Part shown: positions 1 through 7,630 of the stretch, piece by piece | Numbering within the stretch: position 1 is the stretch's first letter | Layout of the letters: each line of letters begins with the position of its first letter | Assembly (NCBI GenBank): GCA_017501225.1 | Contig: JAFVXH010000007.1 | Span: forward strand, 13,782-77,781 | Origin: Clostridia bacterium | GTDB taxonomy: Bacteria > Bacillota > Clostridia > Oscillospirales > CAG-272 | Length of the DNA stretch: 64,000 nt | Reading direction: 5' to 3' | Made by a program: the position numbers and the translations under genes | The notes under the pieces: generated by a model | Seen by the model: the letters and a program-made list of their open reading frames with translations, nothing else | Databases searched by the model: none | What the model was told of the DNA's origin: nothing

Positions 1-513
1 GCAAGAAACGATGGCATCCTTGGCAGTGTCCGACAGAGGCATCGCGTCAAGCAGTGCCGACAGAAGTCCCAGATGGGAGATGTCCAGCACGTAATCCTCG
101 GAGATACAGGCAAGGCTCTTTGCCGCAAGCGTCAAAACCTCCAGGATCGCAAAATCGTCAATGTCCCCAAGGCATTCCAGACCTACCTGCGGGATCTCGC
201 GGAAGGAGTGATCCGTGCGCGACGCGCGATAGACCTTCTCATCGTAGTAAAGCCTTTGCACGCAGCCCGCCTGCAGCTTGCTGTTCTTGACGATGGAGAG
301 CGTGACGTCGGGCTTGAGCGCCATCAGCTTGCCGCCCGCGTCGGTAAAGGTGATGACGTGATCCGAAACCAGAAAATTCTTGTTTCGGACGTAAAGCTCG
401 TATTCCTCAAACTTGCTCATCTTGAACTGCGCGTATCCTCTTTCCCGATACAGCCTTCGCAGCTCCAGAACGGCAAGCTCCTCGTTTTTCAAAACGGAAC
501 TCCATTCCTTCAT
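1..513 (-). CDS. hisZ: ATP phosphoribosyltransferase regulatory subunit HisZ (N-terminal part; runs off the left edge)
   Basis: Not in the ORF track because there is no stop inside the window. ATG at 513-511 follows GGAGGAGAAGAA. My translation is MKEWSSVLKNEELAVLELRRLYRERGYAQFKMSKFEEYELYVRNKNFLVSDHVITFTDAGGKLMALKPDVTLSIVK..., which resembles the HisZ/HisRS-like N-terminus. The start overlaps the upstream stop as ATGA (510-513). Confidence 0.7.
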   Translation of the reverse strand, partial: MKEWSSVLKNEELAVLELRRLYRERGYAQFKMSKFEEYELYVRNKNFLVSDHVITFTDAGGKLMALKPDVTLSIVKNSKLQAGCVQRLYYDEKVYRASRTDHSFREIPQVGLECLGDIDDFAILEVLTLAAKSLACISEDYVLDISHLGLLSALLDAMPLSDTAKDAIVSC

Positions 514-797
514 TTCTTCTCCTCCTTGGCAAGAGCTGTGCGGTATCCTCCGCTTCCGTAAATAAGGCACTTGTTGACGCGACAGATGGTGGCGGTGCTG
601 GCTCCCGTTAAGGACGAGATCTCCTGATACCCCTTCCCCTCGCTGAGCAGGGTTGCCACCCACAGACGCTGGGAAAGATCCTGCACCTCCTTGATGGTAC
701 AAAGATCCTCAAAAAACGCGTCGCATTCTTCCTCGGTTTGCAGCCGTAAAATCGCCTCGTACAGACGGTGTGTCATCTCATGCGGGATCTGTTTCAT
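510..797 (-). CDS. TrpR-like YerC/YecD family DNA-binding protein
   Basis: Track ORF 510..821. MKQIPHEMTHRLYEAILRLQTEEECDAFFEDLCTIKEVQDLSQRLWVATLLSEGKGYQEISSLTGASTATICRVNKCL is typical of YerC/YecD. I prefer the ATG at 797 (GGAGGAAAA 7 nt upstream) over the TTG at 821. Confidence 0.8.
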   Translation of the reverse strand: MKQIPHEMTHRLYEAILRLQTEEECDAFFEDLCTIKEVQDLSQRLWVATLLSEGKGYQEISSLTGASTATICRVNKCLIYGSGGYRTALAKEEKK

Positions 798-986
798 CTT
801 GCTTTTTTCCTCCACGCTCAAAAATACTTTATCATTTTACCACGGTAAAGTGTGAAAGTCAAGTCCTTTTTCACATTTTTCTGTCATTTTTTCAATATTT
901 TTTAAGTTTTTGCAAAGCGTCCCCAAAAATTCTTACCTATGCTTCCCTCAGATCGGAAAATAGACGCAAAAAAAGTCAAAATCCTA

Positions 987-1015
987 TTGACAAGGCAAAA
1001 AAAGAGTTGTAAAAT
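987..1015 (+). promoter_or_regulatory. sigma-A type promoter for ilvE
   Basis: TTGACA (987-992), 17-nt spacer, TGTAAAAT extended -10 (1008-1015), about 40 nt upstream of the ilvE ATG. Confidence 0.6.
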
Positions 1016-1054
1016 GAATGGTAATCAATCCAACCGAAAGATGAGGAAACTGCA

Positions 1055-2074
1055 ATGGCAAACAAAGATATCGACTGGGGCAACCTGGGCTTTGGCTACA
1101 TCAAAACCGACAAGAGATTCGTTGCGACCTATCAAGACGGCGCATGGAACGAGGGGACTCTTTCAGAGGACGAAACCGTCGTTCTGCACGAGTCCGCGTG
1201 CGTGCTCCAATACGCGCAGACCTGCTTTGAGGGACTCAAGGCGTACAGAACCAAGGACGGAGAGATCGTTTGCTTCCGCCCCGACCTGAACGCAGCACGC
1301 ATGGCAGACTCCTGCCGACGCATGAAGATGCCCGTATTCCCCGAGGACAAATTCGTCGAGGCGATCATCGAAACCGTTCGCGCAAACGCGGATTGGGTTC
1401 CTCCCTACGGCTCGGGCGCGTCGCTCTATCTGCGTCCCTTCATGTTCGGCACCAACGCCGTCATCGGCGTCAAGCCCGCAACCGAGTTCGAGTTCCGTAT
1501 CTTCGCAACGCCCGTAGGTCCCTACTTCAAGGGCGGCGTCCGTCCCCTGACCGTTCGCATCAGCGATTTTGACCGTGCCGCTCCCCGCGGAACGGGACAT
1601 ATCAAGGCAGGACTGAACTACGCGATGAGCCTGTACGCCATCGTGGACGCGCACGAGCAGGGCTACGATGAAAACATTTACGTCGACGCGATGACACGTA
1701 CCTATATCGAGGAAACGGGAGGCGCGAACGTCCTCTTTGTTACCAAGGACAAAAAGGTACTCACACCCAAGTCCGACAGCATTCTTCCCTCCATCACCCG
1801 CCGTTCTCTGATGACGGTTGCAAGGGATTATCTGGGTCTTGAGGCCGAGGAGCGTCCGATCGCTCTGAGCGAGCTTGAGAACTTCGTTGAGTGCGGACTG
1901 TGCGGCACTGCGGCGGTCATCTCCCCCGTCGGCAAGATCGTCGACCACGGCAAGGAGATCGTCTACGGCATGGACAGCATGGGCGAGGTCACGCAAAAGC
2001 TTTATAACACCCTGCGCAGCATCCAGATGTGCGAAATTCCCGCACCCGAGGGCTGGATCTGCAAAATCAACTGA
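1055..2074 (+). CDS. ilvE: branched-chain amino acid aminotransferase (class IV PLP enzyme)
   Basis: 339 aa. The pattern ...CFEGLKAYRTKDGEIVCFRPDLNAARM...GSGASLYLRPFMFG...GHIKAGLNYAMSL...ETGGANVLFV is the IlvE pattern. RBS GAGGAAA lies upstream. Confidence 0.9.
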   Translation: MANKDIDWGNLGFGYIKTDKRFVATYQDGAWNEGTLSEDETVVLHESACVLQYAQTCFEGLKAYRTKDGEIVCFRPDLNAARMADSCRRMKMPVFPEDKFVEAIIETVRANADWVPPYGSGASLYLRPFMFGTNAVIGVKPATEFEFRIFATPVGPYFKGGVRPLTVRISDFDRAAPRGTGHIKAGLNYAMSLYAIVDAHEQGYDENIYVDAMTRTYIEETGGANVLFVTKDKKVLTPKSDSILPSITRRSLMTVARDYLGLEAEERPIALSELENFVECGLCGTAAVISPVGKIVDHGKEIVYGMDSMGEVTQKLYNTLRSIQMCEIPAPEGWICKIN

Positions 2075-2216
2075 TCGATCCGTTTTGCGCAGATCGGAGG
2101 CAGCACACTGCATGCTGCCCCCGATTTTTTCTTTGCATCCCGCTTTTCCTGATAAGCCCGTCATAGAATCGGGCAAAATGCGGCAAAATAGATCAAAAAC
2201 GGATCTGTGAGGAATT

Positions 2217-3191
2217 ATGCACTACGGAAGCAAACGAGTCGGGAGCCTTGCCCTGATCACGGCGGCGCTGATCTGGGGCGGTGCCCTGGTTCTGCAGGGG
2301 CAGCTTGCGGACAAGATCCCGCCCTTTCTTTTTAACGCCTTGCGCTCCTATATCGGCGGATTCTTTCTTTGGAGCTTGCAATGGATGCGCAAAGCGAAAC
2401 GAAGTCGCCAAAATACCCGCCACCCGACAAAAAACGGAGAAGCACGCGACGCATGGCGCGATCGCGTGCGTCGATCCCGCCGCGGAGGACTCCTTTGCGG
2501 CATCCTGCTCTCCTGCAGCCTGAATTTGCAGCAATTCGGACTGTTCCTCTACCCCGAGGGGATCCCCGCGGAGGCGCGTTGCGGCTTTCTTTGCTCGCTC
2601 CACGTCATCTTTGTGCCGCTCCTTACGCTCCTGCTTGGGAAAAGGCTCTCCCGTTCTGCCTGGATCTCGGTGCTCTCGGCAGGGATCGGCGTCTATCTGC
2701 TCTGTCTTTGGGAGGGGCTGTCGCGCATCTATCTCGGTGACGTCCTGATGCTGCTTTCCGCATTCTTTTTTTCCTTGCAGATTCTTACGGTCGCAAGGCT
2801 CGGCAGGGACGTAGATCCCATGTCGATGATCGTCACGCAATTCCTGCTTTGCGGAAGTATCTCTCTGCTTCTCTCCCTGCTTACAGAGCAGATCGGACGA
2901 GCGGATCTTTTTGCCGTGCTCCCCTCCGTGCTCCTGCTCGGAATTTTTGCAAGCGGAATTGCCTACCCCTTACAGATCATCGGACAACGAAGCACCGGCG
3001 CCACGGTTTGCTCGGTATGCCTGAGTCTGGAAAGCGTATTCGCAACGATCGGCGGCTGGCTGTTTTTAGGGCACGCGCTGACGCTCTGGGAGATCATCGG
3101 ATGTGCCTTTATGCTGCTCGCTATTTTGCTGGCACAGCTCCCCGAGGGGCGTGAAAAGCAAAATGCGCATCCCCAAAGCAATGCGTTGTAG
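2217..3191 (+). CDS. DMT/EamA family transporter
   Basis: 324 aa, polytopic and hydrophobic. It has two EamA-like halves (ALITAALIWGGALVLQ... and ...GIAYPLQIIGQRSTGATVCSVCLSLESVFATIGGWLFLGH). Confidence 0.75.
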   Translation: MHYGSKRVGSLALITAALIWGGALVLQGQLADKIPPFLFNALRSYIGGFFLWSLQWMRKAKRSRQNTRHPTKNGEARDAWRDRVRRSRRGGLLCGILLSCSLNLQQFGLFLYPEGIPAEARCGFLCSLHVIFVPLLTLLLGKRLSRSAWISVLSAGIGVYLLCLWEGLSRIYLGDVLMLLSAFFFSLQILTVARLGRDVDPMSMIVTQFLLCGSISLLLSLLTEQIGRADLFAVLPSVLLLGIFASGIAYPLQIIGQRSTGATVCSVCLSLESVFATIGGWLFLGHALTLWEIIGCAFMLLAILLAQLPEGREKQNAHPQSNAL

Positions 3192-3367
3192 CATCCCCGC
3201 AGCACTCCCCTGTTGACATTTTTCTCACTCGTTTTGTGATTTTTTGCCTGCATTGCGTTTTTTTTGAAAATATGGTTGCTTTTTATTCTTCTTTATGTTA
3301 TAATGTTAGTTGGTATGCTCTGCTCTTTTGCGAGCTGTCCGAAAAACCTGTGCGGAGGGAGATTGCC

Positions 3368-4324
3368 GTGGAACGCAAAACGATTGCCATTCTCTTGGCG
3401 GTATACGAGCCGAACGAAGACTGGCTTTGTCAGCTTCTCGACTCTCTGAACGCGCAGACCTACCCAGATCTTCACCTCTACGTCAGAGAGGACTGCTCCC
3501 CCACGTATTCGCGGGAGCGTCTGGAGGAGGCATTGCGACAGCACGTCACGCGCTTTCCTTACTCGGTTGCCTACAATGAGCAAAACCTCGGATCGAATCG
3601 GACCTTTGCGCGTCTTGTCGAGGACGCCTCGGAGCCCTATATCGCCTTCTGCGATCAGGACGACGTGTGGCTACCGGACAAGCTCGGGAACACGCTTGCC
3701 TGCCTGGAGGCAAATCCCGAGGCAACGCTTGCCTGCACAAACGTGTCGGTCATGGACGGCGAGGGCAAGGAAATCGCGCCTACCATCGACTCCCACCGCA
3801 AGCGTCACGTTTTTCTGCGCGGCAAGGGACTTGCAAAGGATCTGATCTATCGCAATTTCGTCATGGGCTGCACCGTGGTGATGGAGCGGGAGCGGGCGCT
3901 GTCCTATCTTCCCTTCCCCGCAGAGCTGGTGCACGACCACTATCTTGCTTACAGAGCTGCTCTGGACGGCAGCATCGAGGTACTCGATACCCCCCAGATG
4001 CGCTATCGCATCTACGGCGGAAACCAGACGGGTGTCATGACGGGAGTACAAACCCGCGCGGATTACAGAGAGCGCCGCATCGAGGTGTTCTGCAACCGCG
4101 TATCCTGCCTGTCCTCCTATGCGTCCTTCCCCGAGCTTGAGGAGGCACGCGCGTGGGGCGAGGCAAGAAGACAGAATTTTGACCATGTGAAGGGCTCCTT
4201 TTCTGCCCTTTACCGAATGAGAAGCATCAATCCCTCCACAACCTATTTTGAGCTGATCGCTCTGCGATTTCCCCGCCCGCTGTTCCGTTTGGCGATCCGA
4301 ATGATTCGGCGTGGCTTGCTTTGA
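3368..4324 (+). CDS. family 2 glycosyltransferase (rhamnosyltransferase-like)
   Basis: Track ORF 3236..4324. I prefer the GTG at 3368 after GAGGGAG. IAILLAVYEPNEDWLCQLLDSLNAQTYPDLHLYVREDCS...FCDQDDVWLPDKL is the GT2 signature, including a DxD-type motif. Confidence 0.8.
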   Translation: MERKTIAILLAVYEPNEDWLCQLLDSLNAQTYPDLHLYVREDCSPTYSRERLEEALRQHVTRFPYSVAYNEQNLGSNRTFARLVEDASEPYIAFCDQDDVWLPDKLGNTLACLEANPEATLACTNVSVMDGEGKEIAPTIDSHRKRHVFLRGKGLAKDLIYRNFVMGCTVVMERERALSYLPFPAELVHDHYLAYRAALDGSIEVLDTPQMRYRIYGGNQTGVMTGVQTRADYRERRIEVFCNRVSCLSSYASFPELEEARAWGEARRQNFDHVKGSFSALYRMRSINPSTTYFELIALRFPRPLFRLAIRMIRRGLL

Positions 4325-4349
4325 TCGCAAACAGAAAGGAAACAACGAA

Positions 4350-5207
4350 ATGAAGGTTTTGGTTACAGGCGTCAAGGGTCAGCTTGGCTTTGACGTTTGC
4401 CGTATCCTTTCCGACCGCGGTATTGAGTATTGCGGCGCGGACATTGAGGAGTTTGACATCACCGATACGAAAGCGACCGAGGAATTCATCACCAAGGTCC
4501 ACCCGGACGCTATCATCCACTGCTCGGCATACACCGCCGTGGATAAGGCGGAGGACAACGAGGCGCTGTGCTACTCGGTCAATGCGGACGGTCCCCGAAA
4601 TATCGCATCCGTCGCAAAGCGCATCGGCGCGAAAATGATGTATATCTCCACCGACTACGTCTTTCCCGGCACGGGCGAGCAATTCTATACTCCCGATGAC
4701 GCAACCGGTCCCCTTTCGGTCTACGGCAAGACCAAGCTTGCGGGAGAGATCGCCGTCAGGGAAGCCCTGGACGAGCATTTCATCGTCCGCATCTCCTGGG
4801 TATTCGGTATCAATGGCGCAAACTTCGTGCGCACCATGCTCCGCCTGTCCCAGACCAAGACGGATCTGAACGTGGTATGCGATCAGATCGGCTCTCCCAC
4901 CTACACCTACGACCTCGCGCACCTGCTTTGCGATATGATCGTCACCGACAAATACGGCACCTACCACGCCACCAACGAGGGAGTATGCTCCTGGGCGGAA
5001 TTCGCCGCGGAGATCATGCGCCTTGCAGGCAAATCCACTGTCATTCACCCCATCCCCACCTCCGAGTATCCCACGCGTGCGTCCAGGCCTCTGAACTCAC
5101 GCATGAGTAAGGATAAGCTGGAGGAAAGCGGCTTTTCGCGTCTTCCCACCTGGCAGGATGCATTAGCACGTTATCTTTGTGAGCTTGAGGACTCCTCCTG
5201 CCAATAA
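4350..5207 (+). CDS. rfbD: dTDP-4-dehydrorhamnose reductase
   Basis: MKVLVTGVKGQLG...AIIHCSAYTAVDKAEDNE...YISTDYVFPG...PLSVYGKTKLAGE, a Rossmann fold plus the YxxxK motif of RmlD. The ATG at 4350 follows AGGAAACAA. Confidence 0.9.
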   Translation: MKVLVTGVKGQLGFDVCRILSDRGIEYCGADIEEFDITDTKATEEFITKVHPDAIIHCSAYTAVDKAEDNEALCYSVNADGPRNIASVAKRIGAKMMYISTDYVFPGTGEQFYTPDDATGPLSVYGKTKLAGEIAVREALDEHFIVRISWVFGINGANFVRTMLRLSQTKTDLNVVCDQIGSPTYTYDLAHLLCDMIVTDKYGTYHATNEGVCSWAEFAAEIMRLAGKSTVIHPIPTSEYPTRASRPLNSRMSKDKLEESGFSRLPTWQDALARYLCELEDSSCQ

Positions 5208-5251
5208 ACCATTTCCGCAGGAAGTATTTTTGACAACAGAAAGGACTTCTT

Positions 5252-6724
5252 ATGAAAAACAAGGCCATCCGCGTAGGAATTTACGTGTTGATCGCATATC
5301 TGATATTGGGACTTCTCTTTCACTTCATTGCGGGAGACAGTCTGCGCGCGACCGCAGACACTACATCCCCCGTCAGTCCCAAGGCCGTCCTTGGTGAATT
5401 CGTCGAGAAGGATACCATCAAGCAACCCTTCGTCTGCGAATACGACAGCCTGACCAGCATCGGTGTTCTGATCGGAACCAACGCCCGTAAGAACAGCGAC
5501 ACCATCCACCTCTCGATCTGGGATAACCCGAACCGTGAGGGCGAGCCGCTGTATCAAAGCTCCGTCAATGCAGAAAGCATGAAGGATAACACCACCTACG
5601 TCTGGGAGCTTGGCGACAAAGCCATTCAGAACGCCGCAGGCAAGACCTTCTATCTGGAGCTGGAAAGCGAGAACGGACGCAAGGGAAATTCCATTTCTCT
5701 GTATTACGGAAACACCATTAACGCAGGCAGATTTTCCGTTGCCGTCGACGTCTTCCCGCTTGAGGTCAACGGTGAGCCCCGTCTGGACGACGATGACAAT
5801 CCCTGCTCCCTTTGCCTGACGCTCGGAGGCATTGACTATCACTGGGTAGGCACCTATTACTGGTACCTCTACGGTGGCGGCGCGCTCCTGCTCGCCCTTT
5901 ATATTCTGTACGTGCTGCACTGCAAGAAGCATGAGAAGAAATGCGTAGCACTTTCCCTGATCAATTCCATGCTCAAATACCGCTTCCTGATGAAGCAGCT
6001 GGTCGCACGTGATTTCAAAACCAAGTACAAAAGATCGGTGCTGGGTGTGCTCTGGAGCTTTTTGAATCCCTTGCTCACCATGAGCATTCAGTTTGTCATC
6101 TTCTCTACCCTGTTCAAATCCGACATTGATAACTTTGTCGTCTATTTGCTCACGGGTATCATCTGCTTCAACTTCTTCAGCGAAGCGGCAAATATGTGCC
6201 TGATGAGTATCATCGGCAACGCGACTCTGATCAACAAGGTGTACGTTCCGAAGTATATTTATCCGCTTTCCCGTTCGCTTTCCTCCGGCATCAACCTCCT
6301 GCTTTCCCTGATTCCGCTTCTGTTGATGCTCCTGATCACGAAAACGCCCATCACGCCAGCCATTCTGCTTCTGCCCTTTGCTTTGATCATGCTCTTTTTG
6401 TTCAGCTACGGCGTGGGTCTGATCCTGGCAACCATGATGGTATTCTTCCGTGACACGCAATTCCTTTGGAACATCTTCTCGATGCTCCTGATGTACCTGA
6501 CCCCCATCTTCTACCCCGAAACCATTATCCCGACACAGTTCCTGTGGCTGTACCGTCTGAATCCCATGTATCAAATCATCACCTTCGTGCGCACCATTCT
6601 GATCGAGGGAATCTCTCCCGGTCCTGCGGCTTACCTCGGATGTATCCTGGTGGCGGTCATTCCGCTGCTCATCGGTCTTCTGATCTTCAAGAAAAACGAG
6701 GATAAGTTCGTACTCAATATCTGA
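5252..6724 (+). CDS. ABC-2 type polysaccharide/teichoic-acid export permease (TagG/Wzm-like) with an N-terminal extension of about 230 aa
   Basis: 490 aa. The C-terminal roughly 260 aa (LMKQLVARDFKTKYKRSVLGVLWSFLNPLL..., 6 TM segments) is the ABC-2 permease. The N-terminus is one TM, about 170 aa of soluble sequence, then another TM. Confidence 0.8.
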   Translation: MKNKAIRVGIYVLIAYLILGLLFHFIAGDSLRATADTTSPVSPKAVLGEFVEKDTIKQPFVCEYDSLTSIGVLIGTNARKNSDTIHLSIWDNPNREGEPLYQSSVNAESMKDNTTYVWELGDKAIQNAAGKTFYLELESENGRKGNSISLYYGNTINAGRFSVAVDVFPLEVNGEPRLDDDDNPCSLCLTLGGIDYHWVGTYYWYLYGGGALLLALYILYVLHCKKHEKKCVALSLINSMLKYRFLMKQLVARDFKTKYKRSVLGVLWSFLNPLLTMSIQFVIFSTLFKSDIDNFVVYLLTGIICFNFFSEAANMCLMSIIGNATLINKVYVPKYIYPLSRSLSSGINLLLSLIPLLLMLLITKTPITPAILLLPFALIMLFLFSYGVGLILATMMVFFRDTQFLWNIFSMLLMYLTPIFYPETIIPTQFLWLYRLNPMYQIITFVRTILIEGISPGPAAYLGCILVAVIPLLIGLLIFKKNEDKFVLNI

Positions 6725-6792
6725 TTCCCGCACCGCAATTCGCCTCTCCCCAAATCGCAATCGCGCATGGAAGAAAGGATCAATACAGTTTC

Positions 6793-7524
6793 ATGATTAA
6801 AGCAGAAAATATTACGGTTTGTTACCGCATGTCCCATGACAGAATCCGAAGCATCAAGGAATATCTGGTGGCTCTGGTCAAGGGAAAAATCAAATATGAG
6901 GAGTTCTACGCGCTCAACGACGTCAGCTTTGAGATCAAAAAGGGCGAGGTCATCGGCATCATCGGAAATAACGGTGCCGGAAAGAGTACCCTGCTCAAGG
7001 TCATCTCGGGCATTCTCCGTCCCACCAAGGGCACGGTTTCCCTTCAGGGCAACGTTGTCCCCATGCTGGAGCTGGGAAGCGGCTTTGACTATGATCTGAC
7101 GGGCAGAGAGAACGTCTTTCTCAACGGCGCGATCCTCGGCTATTCCGAGGAGTACTTAAAAGAAAAGTACGACGAGATCGTAGCGTTTTCCGAGCTGGGA
7201 GATTTCATCGAATCCCCCGTTCGAAACTATTCCTCGGGTATGGTGATGCGTCTTGCCTTCTCCATTGCTTCGATGGTCAACCCCGATATTCTGATCGTTG
7301 ACGAGATCTTGGCGGTCGGTGACATGGAATTCCAGGAAAAGAGCTACGCGCGCATGATGGAGCTGATGAGCCACGGCACCACGGTGCTTCTCGTTTCTCA
7401 CAACCTCGATCAGGTACGCGACCGCTGCGACCGCGTCATCTGGCTGGAGCACGGAAACGTGGTTGCCATTGGAGAAACGCAGGAGATCTGCGACCGCTAC
7501 GTCGAGTCCATGCGAAAGACTTAA
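6793..7524 (+). CDS. polysaccharide/teichoic-acid export ABC ATP-binding protein (TagH/Wzt-like, NBD only)
   Basis: Walker A GNNGAGKST, signature YSSGMVMRLAF, Walker B ILIVDEILAVGD, H-loop SHN. Confidence 0.9.
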   Translation: MIKAENITVCYRMSHDRIRSIKEYLVALVKGKIKYEEFYALNDVSFEIKKGEVIGIIGNNGAGKSTLLKVISGILRPTKGTVSLQGNVVPMLELGSGFDYDLTGRENVFLNGAILGYSEEYLKEKYDEIVAFSELGDFIESPVRNYSSGMVMRLAFSIASMVNPDILIVDEILAVGDMEFQEKSYARMMELMSHGTTVLLVSHNLDQVRDRCDRVIWLEHGNVVAIGETQEICDRYVESMRKT

Positions 7525-7577
7525 TCGCATAGCAAAATATCGGAAAATATCAAAGCAATCAAAATAAACGTCAAAAA

Positions 7578-7606
7578 AGGACGAGGGAAATTCCCTCGTC
7601 CTTTTT
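7578..7606. terminator. bidirectional rho-independent terminator
   Basis: AGGACGAGGGA / TCCCTCGTCCT stem, A-run upstream and T-run downstream. It sits between convergent genes. Confidence 0.75.
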
Positions 7607-7630
7607 GATTGGATTTTTACGGTTTTTGAA

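Noticed and set aside
822-1054. Possible T-box or riboswitch leader upstream of ilvE.
   Set aside because: The promoter at 987-1015 leaves a 5' UTR of only about 30-40 nt. I found no specifier/antiterminator-like structure and no T-box sequence.
1163-2176. Long antisense ORFs in the supplied track. Examples: 1163..2176 -, 5171..6760 -, 13763..15223 +, 16563..19292 +, 23072..24448 -, 25088..26305 -, 26634..28913 -, 29796..32108 +, 44488..46443 +, 47201..48289 +, 49425..52100 +, 58861..59739 +, 60400..61185 +.
   Set aside because: Each lies opposite a gene with unmistakable family motifs. Their translations are R/G/A/D/H-rich with no recognisable motifs and no RBS. This is the usual shadow-ORF effect of high GC3 coding sequence.
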